From assembly GCA_052327205.1 (NCBI GenBank), contig CM126223.1, positions 23,498,001 to 23,562,000 on the forward strand: a DNA stretch of 64,000 bases. Reading direction: 5' to 3'. The notes beneath the pieces were generated by a model. It was not told the origin of the DNA. It saw only the letters and a program-made list of their open reading frames with translations, and did not search any database. Positions 49,801-58,800 of this stretch are shown here, in pieces (position 1 is the first letter of the stretch; every line of letters starts with the position of its first letter). Both the position numbers and the translations under genes were made by a program. Source of the stretch: Somniosus microcephalus (Eukaryota).

Positions 49801-52800
49801 GTGCAGCTCCAACACTCAAGAAGCTCGACACCATCCAGGACAAAGCAGCCCGCTTGATTGGCACCCCATTCACTGCCTTAAACATTCACTCCCTCCACCA
49901 CCGGCGTACCGTGGCTGCAGTGTGTACCATCTACAAGATGCACTGCAGCAACTCACCAAGGCTTCTTCGGCAGCACCTCCCAAACCCACGACCTCTACCA
50001 CCTAGAAGGACAAGGGCAGCAGGCACATCACCTCCAAGTTCCCCTCCAAGTCACACACCATCCTGACTTGGAAGGATATCGCTGTTCCTTCATCGTCGCT
50101 GTGTCAAAATCTTGGAACTCCCTCCCTAACAGCACTGTGGGAGTACCTTCACCACACAGACTGCAGCGGTTCAAGAAAGCAGCTCACCACCATCTTCTCA
50201 AGGGCAATTAGGGATGGGCAATAAATGCTGGCCTTCCCAGCGACGTCCACAATCCATGAAAGAGTTTTTTTTTAAAATCCATCCTGGGAACTGCTGGTAT
50301 ATATGGCTGAATTACTGACTGAGCTATAAGGGGAACACCAACAGTACAATTATGCTAGTCTGATCCAACAGGTAAACGCCAGAAATGTAAAAATGAGTGA
50401 CTAAGTGGTGCACCGAACTGGGCTCAAAAAGAGGTTATGGTACTGTAGTGATTATGATACTGGACCAGCAATCAAGAGGCCGTGTTCAATTGCCCACACT
50501 GGCAAGATGTGAAACTTAATTCAATAAATTTGGTAACTTATGCTAGTCCACAAGAAAACAAACCATGAAAACTGTCAAAAATAACTGGTTCATGAATAAC
50601 CTTGAGGAAAGTGAACCTGCTGCCACTCCTTACCCTATCTGGCCTACATGTAACTCCAGTGCCACACTACTTAGTTGACACTTAAGTAGCCTAGCAACCT
50701 ATGTTGTAAAAATTATGACTTAAGATCCACCACTACATTCTCAGGGCAACTAAGAATGGGTAATCAATGTAGCCTTGGTGTTGCCCACAACTCAAGAACA
50801 TTTCATCTTTGAATTGACTTCAGTTGCACAGCTTGGTAAAATGGAATACAATGCTAATCATGAAATTCACTGCAACATGAACTGCATCAATGGTCATCAA
50901 CAATGAACCACCACTTGGGGGTGTCTGGATCACTTCAACATGCACATATGGTTGTTTTAATGAACGTTTATTTCAGTAGGGCAAATTTTTTAAACTGCAG
51001 TTGGTTACCTCATTTTCTTGCCTGGTCTCTCAGGAGTTTGAGAACGTGAAGATGCAGGGCTAGAGAGCGGAGATGTATTTCGTACAGAGAGATAGGTCTT
51101 CAAACCCTACAGGTTGAGCAAGAAATTCAGTCAGATCATTATTTATGCAAAGCGTTACACAGCAATAAGTTAATATTGCACTGAAGGAAACCTGGCCCAT
51201 TCTAGCCACACTTTTTGGCACATATCTATCTTCTGCATGAGAAATTAAAACATCTGAAGTCTGTGCACATTTCATTAAAAATTCTGAAGCCACATTTATA
51301 ATGGAAACTTATAACACGGTCATTATATTTTCCTGTAAATGATTGTGCTGCAGTGCCTGCAGGAGGGGATAGAATGACTGCATAACAAGTTTACAAAGGC
51401 AGTTTCCATTAGAAGTGTGAACATAGGAATATACAATGGGAAAGTTGACGATGTTTGTGCAGAAATAACATTTTGATTATATGCATATAGATATATATTA
51501 TGCTCCCATTTCTCATCGCTGGATTTAACTTTTCAGAACTACTCAGATTTAATCATCCAATGTAAAGTCAGACTTGTGTAAAGTTACAATTTATGGGGAT
51601 AAAATCCTATTGTGTACACAACACAAGGGGGAAAAAAAATCTCAACACTATAAAATCATCGCATTCAATACAATATTTGTTCATAGTTTATTAAATCCAA
51701 GTGTCAGTGAAGAGGAGAAGGAAGTATCATCACAGGGCACCAGTGTGAAGGTCGGAAATATAGGCTTTGTGAAACGGGCGTAAGAGGTGAAGGGCAGCCC
51801 CCCTGTGGGAGGGGTAGAGTTTTACAACCAATGGACTACTTTTCAAATGTCCTCACTGTTGCTTGTAGGCCAATGGGCAACTCATTTGGCACAAAGTTCC
51901 ACATACAGCAAATGAGTGATCAGTTAATCTGCTTTTGGTAGTGTTGGTTGAAGGATGAATGTTGACTAGAATATCAGGAGAACTCTGTTATTCAAATGGT
52001 GCCATGGAACCTTTCACACCCTCCCAAAGAGGCCTCAGTTTAGTCTCTGATCCAAAAGGCAATCTCCAACAATGCAGCTCCCTCAGTAGTGCACTAATGT
52101 GGCAGCCTACAGTGTACACAGAGGCTAGCACCCAGTTTCAAAACCATTTCTCAAATAGGCTATGTACAGACAGAAAATCACCAACAGCCCATCATACCTT
52201 GAACAGGACTGCAAGCAGCAAAGTGCGTTTCAGTATTACGTGCTGCATTATGCACTAACCTGAGCATGGCCCCGGGTGGAACTGTAAGAACTGAAAATGG
52301 GATTGCGAGCAGAAGTATGCTTCCCACCCACACATGTACTATTCAGTGAGCTTATGGAGGATGTTCGTGACCGTTTGGAGATGGGGTCATCCGAACACTG
52401 GGAATTGGTGCCCCTCTTTAGGGTTCCAGGTCTAGAAAAGAAGAAAAAAAAAATGAAAATGAAAATTTGCACAAAATAATATCGGTTTGTAGCTAATTTT
52501 GTGCCCCTGTTCTGCTATCATTGTCTTTTTGTAAATAATCCATTATGAGCTTACTTTATTTCAAATAACCTACATCAAGTTCTGAAGTACACCTATTTTC
52601 CCTTCTCCAAACATTTTGTTCTTGTTCCAGCCTCTCCTGAACGCACTGGCTTTTGCGAGGGTACAGTTCCAGACAGCAGTGGAGTACTGGTACCTCCCCC
52701 AAGAGGCGATTCCTCATTGTAAGCCTGGACAGATCATCAACAGCCGACGACAGCCATCCATGTGGATCCCGATCTTGCCCCTATCAAACTGGATTGCTTT

Positions 52801-55800
52801 CTAGTGATCCCGAATGGAAAGGATGGGTCACGTACACACACTTTCTACCAGGGTTGCTGAACAAGCAGGGGCACAAGAAGCCAATTGTAGTGTCACAACT
52901 GCTGCCCCAACTGATACTGAATCACTCACAGATCAGGGTTTTGAACCTGGGGAGCTCCTGGACGAGACGGTACATGGACTATTTATATACGGAGCCATCT
53001 TGGCGACAATTCCCCATAACACTTAATGTCTGCAGGCTATTCCACTCAAACAGAAATTTAAACCTTTTCAGTCATGCAGTACTGAGTTTTATTTTAAATG
53101 TGACTCAACAATTAACTATCGCCACTTTGAGAGTGAGTGGAGCAGTTTTATTTACACTTGAACTGAAAAGTGCCTGGGAAATTCCAGTGCAAGCTAGGAC
53201 AAGAAATTAATTTTTCTACTGTACAATTTTAATTGAATGCGGAGATGATTTTCTAAAATAACCCATGCGATTTTCTTACAGGTGTTAAGAGGTTAGGAGA
53301 GAAGAGTGGAAGCAAACAAGCTCCCCACATGAACTGGAGGATATAAATTGATGTTAATAAAGTCATCCCCAGCCTGAACTAGTAAAGTTAAACACATATT
53401 CAGGGAAGCTACAACTGTAGAAAATGGTTCAATAAGGGACAATGATCAAAGCCAGCTGTTAAACCAGCTCAGCTATTTCACCTGACATGCCAAGCTTTTG
53501 CCATTCCACAGGCAGCTTGTAAGTGTACAAGAGCAGACGCAAGCGATTGTCCCTCAATTTTCTTATCTACCCCAAGCAAAATAACTGGAGAGGGTCTAAC
53601 AAATACATCATATGAAAATGGGAAGCCAAACGTGTAAACCCATGCCCTGGCATTCAGTGGCACAGTATTTTTGGACTTCAAGATAATGCTCTGATCATAA
53701 AAAACAAACTTTTTATGCTCTTCCTCAAATCATATATACCCTCTAGGCCAGTTTGTGTAATGCTTTATATTGGCAGTCATGCCCATCAGCTTCAATTAAT
53801 TGCCCACAAATATAGAAACATAATACGATCTTCGACTGGCTAATGTGTTTACAACAGCAAGGGCTGAGCTGTCCGAGTTAATGCAGAAAACACACTGCTA
53901 TGCAAAGAAATTGCCATCACAGCCAGTAAAACCTGCTTAGATTAAGGGAGCACAAGGCAAACTTGAAACATTAAGATGAACAGGAAACACAGGTGTGTAC
54001 CAGCTATTTCCAAGGTTTGCGAAGTGAAGTTGCACACTCCTGAAATCTACCCTGTAATCAGACTGAATGGGACGATGCCAGATGGAACGACTGGACCACA
54101 GACTGTGCAGCAGAATAAAAAAGCAGGAGAGTGAAGCCCATCCTCATCCCTTGACTGTCACAAAAGTTCCAAAATTTTGACTGCATAATAAAAAAGTTAC
54201 TGGAATGCACAAATTCAATCATTCCAAATATTCAACAGATGGAAATAATTCAATTTTAAATGGAACACAGTAAAGCTGCACAAGTAATAAAAATATCTGG
54301 AACAGCATTTTGAAATTCTGTCCACAAATGGTAATGGGTGGAACTTCATTATTATCTCGACCAGTTTATTGTACACCTACTCCTGGCCTTTCTCCCACAC
54401 AACTTACTTTGGAATCAGTGAGGCTGGAGCTCCATTGGCCAACAGGGGTTCAAATGCAGAGTGACCACTTCCACTGCTGTCATGGCGCCTGGAAACAATC
54501 CATAAGCAAAAAGCAACAAGTTAGACCCACATTAGAAGACATGATTGGAACTTGAAGTAAGCCAATCAGCGACTAGTTTTCATAGTCATAAAGTTAATTT
54601 TACTTGGTATGCATGAGAATTGTATACGACTTCACAGGAGACTCAGCTACATCAATTTGGTAAATGTGTTTATTTAACAGAAGTAGTTTGTCTCAAGAGG
54701 ATCTGGATTTACAAACTTAAAATTTGGCTCTGTTCAACCACATTGCCAGAATACTCATTTGATACCAAAATGTACTAAAAATATCTAGCGGCAGCTCATG
54801 GACCTGCACTAGCTTTTTGTTTAAAAGCAAATTATACAAATAGAATGGTCTTTACAAGATGCTCTCTGTAAAACTTTTGGCAACAATGTCACATGAAATT
54901 GAGGGGAATGTTACGCAGATCTTCTTTTCTCCAGAGAGCAGCGAGCCTCTGGAATACATTCCCGTCTGGCGTGGTGGGTGCTGGCTCTCTGCATACCTTC
55001 AAGAGGGAGCTGGACCAGTTCTTGACTGGGCAGAGATCGCTTCACACAGAAGGCTAAATAACACTTGGGGAGTGAAGAAGCATTTAGTTATGATGCTCTG
55101 ACAATCATGGCGTGGGGCACTTAATGAACCAGCTTGTCTTTTCCTGCCCACCAATTGGCTAAGTTTGTAGGGCACAGTTTCCTCGTGATCACCCAAACAC
55201 TTTACATAGGATGTACGGCACAGAAAGAGACCATTTGGCCCAACCACTCCATGCTCCACTCAAGCCTCCTCCCGTCTTTCTTCATCCAAATCTATCAGCA
55301 TAACCCTCGATTCCCTTCTCCCTCATATGCTTGTCTAGCCTCCCCTTAAATGCATCGATACTATTCGCTTCAACCACTCCCTGTGGCGGCAAGTTCCACA
55401 TTCTCGCCACTCTTTGGGTAAAGAAGTTTCTTCTGAATTCCCTATTGGATTTCTTGGTGACTATCTTATATCGATGGCCTCTAGTTCTGCTCTTCCCCAC
55501 AAGTGGAAACATTCTCTCTGTATCCACTCTCTTGATATACAGGACATTCCACTTCGGATTAAGTCTACTTTTATAGGAATTCCAATGCAAGCGAGTGAGT
55601 GAGTGAGTGTGTGTCTGAATATTTAGAGCACAAAAATTGTGAACATTTTTACCCCTCCTTCACCCAGGGGCCAAATGTAACCCCCAGACTGCTGCTCTTT
55701 CCGAGAGAAGCTAACTCACCAGACTGGGACCAATGCTCATTTTTACACTAATCCATAACCATACATAACAGTAAATTCCTGAAATGTTTTGCTTTTATCT

Positions 55801-58800
55801 AGTATGACTTGCACAATGCAGTAAGAGGGAAAATTGATAGTCAACCACAAATGGGTATTTGTCCACTTCACAGCACTGGGATATACAGCTGCAAAAAGAA
55901 ACTATCAACTCTGCCTGTGTTCATCAGACTGTAGATCAAGCAAACCTGCTTTGAAACAGAATTGCACATTCTTGGAGTTGGAAGCTCAATAGGCTCCAAT
56001 ACATCAATGAAGTAACCACTAATGATTCATTCAGAGAGAGAAACTGGTCAATAAGCATGACTGATCAAGTCAAATGCATCTGAACTGGACCTTTCTAGTT
56101 ATTTCTATTAACAGAATTGCTTTTGCAGGTGAAAATAAATACAACCGCTCAACGTAATCTCTTTCCAACTCATGCCTCAAGCATTCTCAAAGCTTCCTTC
56201 CCCAACCCATCACACTAAGCCTTTTAGAACCCAAACTAACCCACATACCTGCGTTTATTCTCACGCTCGGAGATCAAAGTTCTTTCGGCATCATCTTCCC
56301 CCATTCTCTTCCGACTCTCCTTGAGTGCATTAAGCACAGTTGCTTTCGAGCAGGGGTCAATTAGAGGAGACACAGCAGTGGACATCATGTGGTCAAACCT
56401 GGGAAGTTAACAGTTTAAATACATGTCCACTGATGTCATGGAAATCTGCACTGACTGACAACTATTTTATAGTTCATAGATCAAATGTTGAATCAATTTC
56501 AGGATTAAATCAGAATGTAAGTAAAAAGGATAAACAACTAGAAATCTGAAATGAAAACAGAAAATACAGGTCAGTCAGCACCTATAAAAGAGAAAAAACA
56601 GAAAATGCCATTGCAGGTGTGCACCCCTCACCAGAACTTTAGACCGAGATATAAATTAGTACGGCTGGAAAATGAAGAGGAAATTGGCCCAACCAGTCCT
56701 TTTTCACGACCACCTGGCCAAATTTCTCACTTTGAACAACTCCCATATCTCCTGTTGTTAAAGCTGCCTCCAAGCTTAGTCCCCTCTGTTGTTCCAAATG
56801 TCAACAACGCTCTATAAAGACTATCGCTCTTCCACTACCTCTTTTGCACTCAACAGGATGGAGGAAGAAAAAAAGTATAACCCCTCGCTCATTTAAGCCT
56901 CCAACTTCTCTCTACCCTTAACCCCTTCCCCCATCATAGCTCCTCTGGAGTTCATCACCCTACAAATCCATCTCTGCATTGGTTCATTTATACTGATTGT
57001 AGGTTCATAAACCACTGCAGCCCTGATCAGCTGTGTTTTTTTTGCTTTGCTACTTCAAAGAGAAAAGAAACAATGCTTGTAAAGTATGTGTACATTACCC
57101 ATAGCAGCAACTTGCTATTCTTTCCTTTTCACTCAATACACAGCCCAAGTCGGTGGTGAAATCTGCTGTATGGGAAGGCAGGAGCAAGGAGAGGTAGATT
57201 TATTTTAATATGTAGAAATATTGTTTGCATGACCATGCAACAGTTTTCACCTCGTCCCTATGAGCAGGTCCAAGGATTCAGACCTAAGCTCACCCCACAG
57301 CCTCGCAAATGCACCCACCAGTGCGGTATGAAGCCACATAGATCTGTAGCCCCCAGGATTCCCACTCTTGATTGTTATCTAGAACCATTGCTGGAAGATA
57401 TATCCAGATATCAGGCTCAGCCACAAGGTGTTCCATGGTCAATAAGCCTGTCTTAGCTTACATGTGAAGTACCGGACGACTACCAGCACCCATGGCATCA
57501 TAACCAGCACGGGATGGCAGTTAGTGGCGGGGGAGGTGGGGGGGCGCGTTATGGGGTAAAGTTAGGGCCGGGAGAATATCCCTCACCTTAACGAGCATAA
57601 AAAATTTAATTAAATACCAGAGAAGGTTTTCCCAAAAGCTCAACTCGTTCTGTCGTAGCTGAGTTATGTGGACGACAAGTGCCCCAGGTTTGATTTCCAG
57701 TCTACCTCTATCTGACACGTACTTTGAGCTCAGATTTTGTTAGAACCTTATATTGACATCTAGCCACTTTACCCATTTACTTCCCCATTATGTGCTATTG
57801 CTTCTACACAAGACTGACATAAAAGCAGTATTTGGATGCTTTTATATTTCCTAGTGCGGCTACACGAGAGACTTTTATCACGTAAAAGTGCCAGCGCCGA
57901 TTTCAGCCAGAGCAGCAGCATGAGCTCTACAACTGGCCTGGGACCTTGAATGATGCAGGGGAAAGAAAAAGGCAAAAAGATACAGAATTCCTGATAGCTA
58001 TCCATTGGCCCTGCTGTTAAGTGCTTGTGTGGCGACAGGCTCAGCTGTGATGGCAGTCAACTAAATGGCTTGTAAACACTCACTATTTAGGGTCACACAC
58101 AACTACTGGTCCCTTGGACAAAGTTCTAAAGAGTAACCATCATCTATGGAAGCATACCCCAAGTCGGTGCCTTTAAGCGCACAGTTTAAAAGAAAACCTG
58201 AGAGTCACAGTGGTTATGGATACACAGCTTTTACATACTGCTGAGTTCCTTACCGTAGCCACATCACTGAAAGGAAGTTTTAAAAAATTTGTTTATGGGA
58301 TGTGGGCGTCGCTGGCCAGGCCGGCATTTATTGCCCATCCCTAATTGTCCTTGAGATGGTGGTGGTGAGCCGCTTTCTTGAACTGCAGGGGGCAGTTAAG
58401 AGTCAACCACATTGCTGTCTGGAGTCACAAATGGGGCAGACTAGACCCTAAAGGCATTAGTGAACCAGATGGGTTTTTACGACAATCATGGTCACCTTTA
58501 CTAATACCAGTTTTTTTTATATTCCAGATTTATTTAATTAACTGAATTTAAATTCCACAGCTGCCGTGGTGGGATTTGAACTTACGTCTCCGGATCATTA
58601 GTCCAGTCACATAATCACTATGCTACTGTACCCCCATGACAAGTGGTCAGGTGCTGCCATGCTTTGATACAATGGGAATAATCATCCTGGGGCACTGTTA
58701 CAGACAGAGGAAGAGAGAGCACCAGGTAGCCACATCTATACCAATTGTAACTAGAAGAATCCTAGCAAAATAGAAGTCTTGCTCATAACTATGCATACAC

